This document shows positions 30,298 to 39,006 of a stretch of 64,000 bases of DNA, piece by piece. The stretch is from positions 2,920,934-2,984,933 of the forward strand of contig OY776562.1 of the NCBI GenBank assembly GCA_963675785.1, given 5' to 3'. Within the stretch, counting starts at the first letter, position 1, and each line of letters begins with the position of its first letter. Under the pieces are notes generated by a model, which saw nothing but the letters and a program-made list of their open reading frames with translations, did not search any database and was not told where the DNA came from. This DNA is from Anaerolineae bacterium (GTDB taxonomy: Bacteria; Chloroflexota; Anaerolineae; UBA1429). A program made the position numbers and the translations under genes.

Positions 30298-31476
30298 ATG
30301 AAGGATATCTTTGAAAAGTGTTGGGAATACACTCGCGCTGACGAAGCAAAGGCGAGTGGTGATTATCCCTATTTTATTCCTCTCGAAGACACTGAAGGCA
30401 CCGAAGTGGTCGTCCAGGGCAAACACATGATCATGATAGGTTCCAACAACTATCTTGGTCTGACCACACACCCGCGTGTACGCGAGGCGGCCATGGAGGC
30501 TCTCAAACGTTACGGCCCGGGCTGCACGGGATCTCGCTTTCTCAACGGTAACTTGGCCTTGCATAATCAGCTAGAAGAAGAACTGGCTGCCTTTATTGGC
30601 AAAGAGGCGGGTTTGGTATTCAGCACAGGAATGCAAACCAACATGGGCACGATTTCTGCTCTTGTAGGGCGTGGCGACGTGGTGGTGACCGATCGTGAGG
30701 ATCATGCCAGCATCATCGATGGCTGTCGCCTTGGTTATGGCGAGATGAAGCGCTATCGGCATAACGATATAGAGCACCTGGATGCTGTGCTATCTGGTAT
30801 TGGAGATAAACCAACACTGGTGGTAGTAGATGGCATCTTTAGCATGGGCGGGGATATAGCACCGTTGCCCGCCATTGTTGAGGTTTGCAAAAAGCATGGT
30901 GCACGCTTGATGGTAGATGATGCACACTCGCTAGGTGTGTTGGCCGGTGGGCGTGGCACTGCTGCTCACTTTGGTCTGACTGATGAGGTCGATATCACCA
31001 TGGGCACCTTTAGCAAGTCTTTTGCATCCATCGGTGGCGTTATTGCTGCTGATAAAAAAGTGATTGATTATATCAAGCATAATGGCCGTGCACTCATCTT
31101 TAGCGCCAGCATCCCGGCGGCAAGTGCAGCGACCGTTCTGGCTGCTTTGCATGTACTGCAAGAAGAACCTGAGCGTGCCGAACGGGTGATGCAGATTGGC
31201 GAAAAGATGCGCCAGGGCTATCGTTCCATGGGCTTTAATGTGGGAGCTAGCGAGACGCCTATCGTGCCTATTTTCATTGGCGATGATAAAAAGACCTTTG
31301 CTATGTGGCATGCTCTGTTTGATGCGGGCGTATACGTGAATCCTGTGGTTCCGCCGGCGGTTCCGCCCGAGATGTCGTTGCTGCGTACCAGCTATATGGC
31401 TACTCATACCGATGAACAGCTCGATCGTGTGCTCGACATATTTGGCGACTGTGGTAGAAAAGTGGGTTTGATCTAA
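30298..31476 (+). CDS. PLP-dependent alpha-oxoamine synthase, serine palmitoyltransferase-like
   Basis: GSRFLNGN, VFSTGMQTNMG, HASIIDGC, the GTFSKSF (PLP Lys) motif and VYVNPVVPPAVP. The pattern is closer to bacterial SPT than to Kbl or BioF. Confidence 0.7.
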   Translation: MKDIFEKCWEYTRADEAKASGDYPYFIPLEDTEGTEVVVQGKHMIMIGSNNYLGLTTHPRVREAAMEALKRYGPGCTGSRFLNGNLALHNQLEEELAAFIGKEAGLVFSTGMQTNMGTISALVGRGDVVVTDREDHASIIDGCRLGYGEMKRYRHNDIEHLDAVLSGIGDKPTLVVVDGIFSMGGDIAPLPAIVEVCKKHGARLMVDDAHSLGVLAGGRGTAAHFGLTDEVDITMGTFSKSFASIGGVIAADKKVIDYIKHNGRALIFSASIPAASAATVLAALHVLQEEPERAERVMQIGEKMRQGYRSMGFNVGASETPIVPIFIGDDKKTFAMWHALFDAGVYVNPVVPPAVPPEMSLLRTSYMATHTDEQLDRVLDIFGDCGRKVGLI

Positions 31477-31487
31477 TCCCTGTAGCT

Positions 31488-31538
31488 AAACGGGGAGCGC
31501 TCAGCATTTGATGCTGTAGCACTCCCCGTTTTCTTGTT
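31488..31538. terminator. Bidirectional terminator hairpin between convergent genes
   Basis: AAACGGGGAGCGC...GCACTCCCCGTTT long stem (with an inner CAGCAT/ATGCTG stem) followed by TCTTGTTT. Confidence 0.7.
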
Positions 31539-31544
31539 TATGGA

Positions 31545-32207
31545 CTATTGATTGACCAAAAGACCCTGAATGCCGCTATCAAGTGCAATCATCAGCGACT
31601 CTATGGTCCAGGCCGGTTTTAGCCAGAGTTGTGTAGGTAGCTCTTCGTTTGCATATAGCTGCACACCGGGAAAGGCCAGCATTTGAGAAAGCTCGAGCTG
31701 TTTTGCCGCTAATACCCTCCGAACAAGGCCTGTGGGGATAGCCAACAATCCTAGGATATCCCTTGGCAGGGGCGTTTGGTTGAGATGAGCTAGGTATGTG
31801 GCGATGATTAATGTCTCAGCTAAAATGTTTTCCTGGCGATGCAGATTCTTACTAATGGTCAGCAAAGCGGGAGTGGGCTCTGTGCTTGTTTCAAAAGAGC
31901 TGACGGTGACGACTTTATGTTCGTATACCGCGCAGGTATGTTCGGCGTTGATGATCTCGACGGAACACCCCACTTCTTCGAGGGCCTCACGTCGGAGAGT
32001 TTGCAAAAGAGTTTCTCCCGGCTCGATCGAGCCGCCAATAGCCCCCAGAGGTGCTATCAAGTCGCCATCGATAACCTGCCAGTGCTTGCGTTTGCCTATC
32101 TCTATGTAAAAGTAATCATTGCTATGCAGCAACGCCGAAGCGCCTGTATACGCCCAAGAAGCTTTACCACAGAGCTTTGAGATAACTTGGTCTAATGTGT
32201 TGGTCAT
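31545..32207 (-). CDS. NUDIX-family hydrolase
   Basis: Nudix box GGSIEPGETLLQTLRREALEEVGC. Confidence 0.65.
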   Translation of the reverse strand: MTNTLDQVISKLCGKASWAYTGASALLHSNDYFYIEIGKRKHWQVIDGDLIAPLGAIGGSIEPGETLLQTLRREALEEVGCSVEIINAEHTCAVYEHKVVTVSSFETSTEPTPALLTISKNLHRQENILAETLIIATYLAHLNQTPLPRDILGLLAIPTGLVRRVLAAKQLELSQMLAFPGVQLYANEELPTQLWLKPAWTIESLMIALDSGIQGLLVNQ

Positions 32208-32222
32208 GTTTGATCTGCAGTT

Positions 32223-33254
32223 TTAGTGTATGAACATGGCGTCGCCAAAGCTGAAGAAGCGATAGCGTTGTTCAACGGCGTCATGGTAGGCTTTTTGTAT
32301 GTTCTCCTGTCCGGCCAGGGCTGATACGAGCATTAACAGCGAGGACTTGGGCAGGTGAAAGTTCGTGATGAGCGCGTCCACGATTTGGAACTTGAATCCG
32401 GGATAGATGAATAACTCGGTAGCGCCGTCCCAAGACTCGACCAAACCACTGTGCCCCTGTGCGGCTGATTCCAACACACGCACTGAGGTAGTGCCTACTG
32501 CAATGATCCGGCGGCCCTCCTTTTTGGCGGTGTTGATCCTTGTAGCGGACTCTTCATTGAGCTGGCAGTATTCGGAATGAATTTGGTGATCCTCGACCCG
32601 ATCCTCGCTCACGGGGCGAAAAGTGTCCAAGCCAATGTGCAGAATCACCGAGACCCACTCGACGCCCTTGGCTTGAGCAGCCTCGCAAAGGGCAGGCGTA
32701 AAGTGCAGGCCTGCCGTGGGCGCTGCCACCGAACCTTTGACGCGCGAATAGACAGTTTGGTAGCGTTCGCTATTTTCGAGTGTGGTGTGAATGTAGGGCG
32801 GTAGCGGCATGATGCCGATATTGTCCAAATAATCGTCAATGGGTACGCCGAAATCGACAAGTCGCCCGCCTGACGGGGTGATGGCTGTGACCTCGCCCTC
32901 AATGTGAATAGCAGGGTCAGCAGTGTGAATAGCGATATGTTGGCCTACATCAACCTTGCGCCCCTTGACCAGCGATTCCCACACCGTATTGCTACGTCTG
33001 GCCAGCAGCAATAATTCGACTTTGCCGCCGGTGGGCACCTTGCTGGCGTGCAATCGGGCAGGGATAACCCGCGACTCGTTGGCTACGAGCACGTCGCCGG
33101 GGTGCAGGTAATCGAGAATATCGTGAAAGACGCGATGCTCAATCTTTCCGGTGTGTCGGTCCAAGATAAGCAAGCGTGAGCTATCTCGGGGATCTGCCGG
33201 CGTTTGGGCAATGAGTTCTTGCGGTAGGTCATAGTTGAAATCAGTTGTCAGCAC
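32223..33254 (-). CDS. queA: S-adenosylmethionine:tRNA ribosyltransferase-isomerase
   Basis: The start MLTTDFNYDLPQELIAQTP..PRDSSRLL and the full-length pattern match QueA. Confidence 0.95.
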   Translation of the reverse strand: MLTTDFNYDLPQELIAQTPADPRDSSRLLILDRHTGKIEHRVFHDILDYLHPGDVLVANESRVIPARLHASKVPTGGKVELLLLARRSNTVWESLVKGRKVDVGQHIAIHTADPAIHIEGEVTAITPSGGRLVDFGVPIDDYLDNIGIMPLPPYIHTTLENSERYQTVYSRVKGSVAAPTAGLHFTPALCEAAQAKGVEWVSVILHIGLDTFRPVSEDRVEDHQIHSEYCQLNEESATRINTAKKEGRRIIAVGTTSVRVLESAAQGHSGLVESWDGATELFIYPGFKFQIVDALITNFHLPKSSLLMLVSALAGQENIQKAYHDAVEQRYRFFSFGDAMFIH

Positions 33255-33256
33255 GA

Positions 33257-34021
33257 TTAAATGCTATCTCCTCTAGAGCGTCTCGGATTGGTCCAGGCAG
33301 TGCTATCGAGCGCTTCCCATTCGCTATAAATGCAACCGCAGTATCGCTGCATGTAAAGGTTACTTTGGTGGGCCAGGCGGTGATGCTCGGCAAACCCGCG
33401 GCGGAAATTCTCCCAGTACCAGGTTACCCCGTACTTTTTCGCTAGTTCCTCTCCCATTTGACGGAGGGCTTTTTGATTCTGATAGGGGCTGATAAGCAGT
33501 GTGGTGCTAAAAGCATCCATGCCTAGCTCAGCAGCTCGTGCTGCAGTGCGCTCCAAGCGCATGTGGTAGCAAATCATACAGCGCTTGCCAAATTCTTCCT
33601 TGTTAGCCACTTGACGCAGAAACTCGGGCATCTCATAGCCGGGTTCCCATATCACAGGCAGTTCAATCTCGGTAGCATACTGGGCTAGCGTGCCGCGTCG
33701 TCTTTCGTGCTCAGAAAAGGGATGGACATTGGGATTATACCAATATCCGCTTACATCCCAGCCCTGTTCGCGCAGACGGGCCACAGTGTAGGTGCTACAA
33801 GGTCCACAGCAGATATGCAGCAGGATGGATTGGCCTTCGAACCTCTGTGGTCCTGGCAGGGTCTCAGGGGTTGGAATGTCGATGATTTGGGCGAGTTGAA
33901 TGGTGAGGGGGGATTCAGCGATACGAGTGGCTTTGCCCTGGACAACAAGTTTCTCGGCGCGTTCTTCAGTGGTATTGGATATTTGATTCCCTCTGGCGTC
34001 GAGAACGATGGCGCCTTTCAT
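33257..34021 (-). CDS. queH: Epoxyqueuosine reductase QueH (DUF208) with an N-terminal extension
   Basis: [10 protein letters not shown] motif and conserved Cys pattern ([17 protein letters not shown]). ATG 34021..34019 overlaps the ruvB TGA as ATGA. The ORF-track frame opens at 34057. Confidence 0.8.
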   Translation of the reverse strand: MKGAIVLDARGNQISNTTEERAEKLVVQGKATRIAESPLTIQLAQIIDIPTPETLPGPQRFEGQSILLHICCGPCSTYTVARLREQGWDVSGYWYNPNVHPFSEHERRRGTLAQYATEIELPVIWEPGYEMPEFLRQVANKEEFGKRCMICYHMRLERTAARAAELGMDAFSTTLLISPYQNQKALRQMGEELAKKYGVTWYWENFRRGFAEHHRLAHQSNLYMQRYCGCIYSEWEALDSTAWTNPRRSRGDSI

Positions 34022-35049
34022 AATAACCTCTGCTGTTCCTCGTTTGAGCGGGTACAAGCTATGCCAAGATGTTCATAAGCGCGACGGGTAGCCATACGGC
34101 CTCGCGGTGTGCGTTCGATAAAACCGAGCTGTAACAAAAACGGCTCGTACACGTCATTGATGGTATCAGCATCTTCGCTGAGAGCGGCGGCAACAGTGTC
34201 TAATCCCACTGGGCCACCATCGAACTTTTCGATAATCGTCAGTAAGACGCGGCGATCTGATGAATCCAGGCCGAATTCGTCAACCTCGAGCATCTCCAAA
34301 GCTGCGTCGGCTACACTTGCGGTGATGACGCCATCGGCGCGAACTTGGGCATAGTCACGGACGCGCTTGAGCAGACGGTTGGCCACGCGCGGTGTTCCTC
34401 GCGAGCGCTGGGCGATAACCAAGGTACCGAGTTCATCGATCTCTACACCCAGAATATGTGCCGAGCGGCGGACGATGGCTATCATGGCGGGCTGATCGTA
34501 GAAATCTAGGCGCTGTACGACGCCGAAACGATCTCGTAGTGGTGAAGTGAGCAGTGCAATGCGCGTGGTAGCACCGATCAGGCTAAAACGCGGCAAGTTG
34601 AGCCGAAGCGTACGGGCTGTTGGTCCTTTGCCGATGAGCACATCCAGCTTGTAATCTTCCATCGCGGGGTATAGTACTTCTTCGACTGCCCGGCTAAGGC
34701 GGTGAATTTCGTCCACAAAGAGGATATCGCCCTCGCGGAGGTTGCTGACGATGGCGGCAAGGTCTCCTGGTCGAACGATGATCGGCCCCGAGGTGATTTT
34801 GATGCGCACACCCATCTCTGTGGCAATAACATTGGCCAACGTAGTTTTCCCCAGCCCCGGCGGCCCGTAGAGGAGGATGTGATCCAGCGCCTCACCACGA
34901 GAACGGGCTGCCTCCAGGCATACACGCAGATTCTCGACAACGGCTTCCTGGCCAATATATTCGTCGAGTGTGTGGGGCCTGAGACTTTTCTCAATGGTCT
35001 CTTCTTCGGGGTGAACGGCTGGAGAAATGACACGATCCTGGTCTTGCAC
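34018..35049 (-). CDS. ruvB: Holliday junction branch migration ATPase RuvB
   Basis: LRP..L.EYIGQ, Walker [16 protein letters not shown]. Confidence 0.95.
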   Translation of the reverse strand: MQDQDRVISPAVHPEEETIEKSLRPHTLDEYIGQEAVVENLRVCLEAARSRGEALDHILLYGPPGLGKTTLANVIATEMGVRIKITSGPIIVRPGDLAAIVSNLREGDILFVDEIHRLSRAVEEVLYPAMEDYKLDVLIGKGPTARTLRLNLPRFSLIGATTRIALLTSPLRDRFGVVQRLDFYDQPAMIAIVRRSAHILGVEIDELGTLVIAQRSRGTPRVANRLLKRVRDYAQVRADGVITASVADAALEMLEVDEFGLDSSDRRVLLTIIEKFDGGPVGLDTVAAALSEDADTINDVYEPFLLQLGFIERTPRGRMATRRAYEHLGIACTRSNEEQQRLL

Positions 35050-35077
35050 GTAACCTCTCCGATTGGGTGAGGGAACT

Positions 35078-35107
35078 CAACAAACGGGGATGCCACCAGG
35101 CATCCCC
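35078..35107 (-). terminator. Rho-independent terminator after the corrinoid-protein gene
   Basis: On the minus strand, GGGGATGCC-tggt-GGCATCCCC followed by GTTTGTTG. Confidence 0.6.
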
Positions 35108-35134
35108 GAATGAACGCATAGTCTTTTGGCCTGG

Positions 35135-35770
35135 CTAAACGCCGAGGAGCGTTTTGCAGAGCTGCGCGGCCCCGGCGGCGTCACGAGAGTACCCATCGGC
35201 GCCGATCTCATCAGCATACTTTTGTGTAACAGGAGCACCACCGATGATTACCTTGATCTTGTCGCGGTAACCGGACTCTTCGAGCACCTCAATGGTCGCT
35301 TTCATAGATGGCATCGTGGTTGTGAGTAGCGCTGAGAGGCCGATGATTTGAGCGTTGTTGTCGATAGCTGCCTGAACAAAGTCTTGCGGCGAGACGTCAA
35401 CACCCTTGTCAATGACTTCGAAACCGGCACCTTCGACCATAATGGCCACAAGGTTCTTGCCGATATCATGAAGGTCACCTTTGACGGTACCGAGCACAAC
35501 CTTGCCTAGGGGCTCATAATCGCTAGCAACCAATTCCGGCTTGATGATAGCCAAGCCGGCCTTCATGGCGCGAGCGGCGATGAGCATCTCCGGTACATAA
35601 TATTCATTGATTTCGAAAAGGCGGCCTACTTCGGTCATGGCGGGAATCATGGCATCAAAGAGCAACTCTTTTGCACCGATGTTCTCGGCTAGAGCTGCTT
35701 CTGTCGCCTCTTCGACGGCTTCCATATCACCGTCCAGGATCCCTTCGTAGATATCTTCTTTGTAACCCAT
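35135..35770 (-). CDS. Cobalamin-binding corrinoid protein (B12-binding cap plus Rossmann domain, MtaC/MtbC-like)
   Basis: DxHxxG motif (GDLHDIGKN), SALLTTT and GGAPV motifs. 211 aa. Confidence 0.8.
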   Translation of the reverse strand: MGYKEDIYEGILDGDMEAVEEATEAALAENIGAKELLFDAMIPAMTEVGRLFEINEYYVPEMLIAARAMKAGLAIIKPELVASDYEPLGKVVLGTVKGDLHDIGKNLVAIMVEGAGFEVIDKGVDVSPQDFVQAAIDNNAQIIGLSALLTTTMPSMKATIEVLEESGYRDKIKVIIGGAPVTQKYADEIGADGYSRDAAGAAQLCKTLLGV

Positions 35771-35831
35771 TACAGATCCTCCTGCGCGGGCGGTATGCGG
35801 CTGTTACCACCGCCGACATAACATCGTGCGT

Positions 35832-35860
35832 ATTCTAGCATTGGTGGTGGACAGGAGCAA
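35832..35860 (-). promoter_or_regulatory. Sigma70-type promoter of the corrinoid-protein gene
   Basis: On the minus strand, TTGCTC (35860..35855), 17-nt spacer, TAGAAT (35837..35832). Confidence 0.45.
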
Positions 35861-35873
35861 GCCGCGAAAACAA

Positions 35874-36704
35874 TCAATTCAACATCTTTAAACAGAGTGC
35901 CGTGATTAGGGCTCCGACGATGGTACTGATGAGATCGATAGTCTCGTCAGTGATCCAACCGATGCCCCGGACATACTCGGCCGGATGTCCTTCCGAGTCG
36001 GTTTCTTGCTGACTAAAACGCTTGCAAATATTGCAATAATACATTGCCTGTGCGGTTTGCGCTAGGATGCTATCTACTAGCATACCGACGAATCCGCCGA
36101 TGGTGGCTGCCAGAGGAAGCCATAGGCGATCCTGTGGCCAGTATTGCTGAGAGGCCAACATCGGCAAAGAGCTGGTCAAGAGTCCAACCAGACCGATAAG
36201 CCATCCACCACCCAAAGAAGCTACAAGACCCAGTGTAGAGATGGCCCCGGGTGTGCCAGGGGGAACGGGAATTTTGCTGGTCAAAAGCCGTGGTTTGTCT
36301 TTTGAGAGCAGGCCGATTTCCGTTGCCCAGACATCAGCGGTGGCGACGGAAAGAGAGCCAATAAAAATCGGAAAGAGGCTAAATTCGGGCAAAAAAAGTT
36401 GGGCTGCTGCCATGGCTGTAGGCCAGCCAAGGCGCGAAGCTACTGCAACGCCGCTGAGATTCTTTCGGGAGGACTGTGCCTTTTGCTCAGAGCTAATCCC
36501 CATCAAACTCCAGTAAACCTGAGCGCCGATGAATACGATCAGTGGCACGGCCCATGCCCAACCCTTGCTGGCTGTAACAATGACGATAATGATTGCAGAG
36601 ACAAGCATTCCAGACCGTGAATAAACTTGAAAGCGATGTCCCATGTAAAGGATGCCAAAAGAGACAAGAGCGAGTAGGGATAATACCCAGATTGGTGTAC
36701 TCAT
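35874..36704 (-). CDS. DUF92/TMEM19-like integral membrane protein
   Basis: Polytopic, with a Gly-rich helix pattern (PGAISTLGLVASLGGGWLIGLVG). The ATG overlaps the upstream TGA as ATGA. Confidence 0.5.
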   Translation of the reverse strand: MSTPIWVLSLLALVSFGILYMGHRFQVYSRSGMLVSAIIIVIVTASKGWAWAVPLIVFIGAQVYWSLMGISSEQKAQSSRKNLSGVAVASRLGWPTAMAAAQLFLPEFSLFPIFIGSLSVATADVWATEIGLLSKDKPRLLTSKIPVPPGTPGAISTLGLVASLGGGWLIGLVGLLTSSLPMLASQQYWPQDRLWLPLAATIGGFVGMLVDSILAQTAQAMYYCNICKRFSQQETDSEGHPAEYVRGIGWITDETIDLISTIVGALITALCLKMLN

Positions 36705-37621
36705 GCTTGCCCCATTATGCGCAGCAACGCAATCAAAAGGGGTACTTGCACTATGACCGACGTTGTTGCGGCGATGTGGGATCCAAAACGCCGAGTAGAG
36801 TGGATGAACAAGCCAATGACTGTGTTTACGAGGACAAGTAAGGTTCCGATTCTCGGCAGCAGAAAAAGGCTTTCTCGGGAGATGATGGTGCCGTTAATGT
36901 TGCTAAACGTAGAGAGCAAAGTTACTCTGGCGGGGATATTGGCAAAGTTGAGAGATAATAAGGCAGTTAGAACAAGATTGATGAGGATAGATGCAATGAC
37001 AAGTGAGCGGAAGGTGCCGTCGCTCCAGATTTCACGTGCTGCGATACCCGTACGTTGGTGTATCTCGATGGTGTGTTCTGATACACCAATCTCTCGCTTG
37101 AATTGAAGGTCTGCAACAAAGTGTTGAGGATTTGCAGGAGATATCCCATAGACGCCTCGTTCGGTAACCAAGATTACTTGATGCTCAAGTGGCTCTGTGC
37201 CGCATACGGTTAGTTCGCCCAGACTCTCCAATTCGATTGATCCTAAAAGATAACCTGGCCAACCAATGCCGCGAAAACCTTCTTTCTGTCGCACATTATC
37301 GCCTGTTATCACTGCTTTGATGGTATCCAAGGGAATAACGTGACGAGTTGATCCCGTATCGATGGTAAGAGCATTTTGTGAAAGTGTATAAGAGAGCTGC
37401 CAGAGGCCGCCATACCAATAGGTCCAGAGGCCGAGCAAAATAAAGGCGGCCAGAGCTAACAGCGATGTGGCAAAGGCACTAAGCCCTGGCTCTTGCTGAA
37501 GGCTGCTTAGAGTTAAAAAGAGGGCTGTGCCGAGGATGATGATCAGCATGATCATGCCAATGACAACACCCACTATTTTATTAGGCCGCCAAACCATAGG
37601 GTCTCCAACTGTAATATTCAA
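36701..37621 (-). CDS. Hypothetical membrane protein with a central bacterial PH-like (YdbS/YdbT-type) domain
   Basis: Two N-terminal TM helices, a soluble roughly 110-aa insert and C-terminal TM helices. The family assignment is tentative. Confidence 0.45.
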   Translation of the reverse strand: MNITVGDPMVWRPNKIVGVVIGMIMLIIILGTALFLTLSSLQQEPGLSAFATSLLALAAFILLGLWTYWYGGLWQLSYTLSQNALTIDTGSTRHVIPLDTIKAVITGDNVRQKEGFRGIGWPGYLLGSIELESLGELTVCGTEPLEHQVILVTERGVYGISPANPQHFVADLQFKREIGVSEHTIEIHQRTGIAAREIWSDGTFRSLVIASILINLVLTALLSLNFANIPARVTLLSTFSNINGTIISRESLFLLPRIGTLLVLVNTVIGLFIHSTRRFGSHIAATTSVIVQVPLLIALLRIMGQA

Positions 37622-37857
37622 TATGCAGGACGATTATAGCGATGCAGGATTAGAGGTGTCAAAAGAGTGTGTTCGACCCAATTGACCGCCTCTCAAGCCG
37701 TGTCTACAATCATAATTGGTCATCCAGTATGGAGGTAATCGGCAGATGAAGATAGTGCAAAAGCTCGCCCCGGTAATGGGGCATGGTGAACCGATGCCTA
37801 CAATGACGGGGATGAATGGTATTCTGATGATTCACCATAATGACATAGGTTGGGCGT

Positions 37858-39003
37858 ATGGCGACTGAGCCTTTGCGTGTGGGATTATTGGGTTCCTTTT
37901 GGAATATGGGGAATACGGGCAGCGGCCAATACACGCGTCGCCTTTATGAGCAATTGGCACAGCACAACGAGATCAGTGTGACACCTTTTATAGGATCAGA
38001 AATTGAACCAGATGAACACCCCGATGAAGCAACCCTCCTCAAGGCGCCGTTGCGTTTTGGTGAAAACGTTGCCAAGCTTTGGCAAGAGCAGGTGTCCTTC
38101 GCGCGCAGTGGTAGGCGGATGGGAATGGACTTGTTGCATGTGCCCTATTGGGCGCCGCCTTATTATCACCATTTGCCGGTGGTAGTGACAGTGCACGACA
38201 TTATCCCTTTACTTTTGCCCGAATATCGCGGATCGCGCCGTGTACAAGCCTACATGCGGCTGGCTAGCGCGGCTTGCCGGCGCGCTGAGGTAGTGTTGAC
38301 TGACTCAAAAGCTTCAGCAAGGGACATTGTGACACATCTCCGTGTGCCTGAGGAGCGCGTGTGCAGGATTTATTTGGCAGCGGATGAGATGTACCAACCT
38401 GCGGGTGAAGGAGATTTGGCAGAGTTGCGAGAACGTCTGGGGCTGCCCGACCGTTATTTGCTTTACCTGGGTGGCTTTGACTGCCGCAAAAATGTGCTGC
38501 TGCTGTTGCAAGCTTTTGAAGAGCTGTCGCGCGGTGATCCAGATATCGTTCTGGTGGTGGCAGGCAAGTTACCTGATGAGGATACAGCCTTCCATCCTGA
38601 TCCCCGCCGATATGTGATGGACTGCTGTATGGAACGTATTCAGTTCCTGGGCTGGGTGGATGAGCAAGACAAGCCAGCCCTGTATTCTGGTGCATTGGGT
38701 TTTTGCTTCCCCTCTAGCTACGAGGGCTTTGGGCTGCCCGTGCTGGAGGCCCTTTCGTGCGGTACGCCGGTCATTGTGGGAGACAACAGTTCTTTGCCTG
38801 AAGTAGCTGGCCCGGGTGGGCTGGTCGTGCCCCTGGAGGCTTTGGCGCTGGCCGAGGCTATGCAGCAGCTCGTTGAGAATGATTCTCTTCGCCAGCAATT
38901 GGCTTCTGCTGGGATGGCACATGCTGCGGGTTTTTCCTGGAAGACGACGGCCGACGAGACGATTCAAGCCTATCGTACAGCGCTTGAAGATGGGAGAAAT
39001 TAG
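37858..39003 (+). CDS. Glycosyltransferase family 4 (GT-B fold)
   Basis: N-terminal TGSGQY pattern and the C-terminal EGFGLPVLEA motif. Confidence 0.8.
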   Translation: MATEPLRVGLLGSFWNMGNTGSGQYTRRLYEQLAQHNEISVTPFIGSEIEPDEHPDEATLLKAPLRFGENVAKLWQEQVSFARSGRRMGMDLLHVPYWAPPYYHHLPVVVTVHDIIPLLLPEYRGSRRVQAYMRLASAACRRAEVVLTDSKASARDIVTHLRVPEERVCRIYLAADEMYQPAGEGDLAELRERLGLPDRYLLYLGGFDCRKNVLLLLQAFEELSRGDPDIVLVVAGKLPDEDTAFHPDPRRYVMDCCMERIQFLGWVDEQDKPALYSGALGFCFPSSYEGFGLPVLEALSCGTPVIVGDNSSLPEVAGPGGLVVPLEALALAEAMQQLVENDSLRQQLASAGMAHAAGFSWKTTADETIQAYRTALEDGRN

Positions 39004-39006
39004 CCC

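Noticed and set aside
35771-35873. Cobalamin riboswitch upstream of the corrinoid-protein gene.
   Set aside because: The untranslated leader after the predicted promoter is only about 60 nt. That is far too short for a B12 riboswitch, and no B12-box-like sequence was seen.
37745-37864. 39-codon ORF with GGAGG upstream, overlapping the GT4 start.
   Set aside because: The product (MKIVQKLAPVMGHGEPMPTMTGMNGILMIHHNDIGWAYGD) has no features. It is too weak to call without conservation data.
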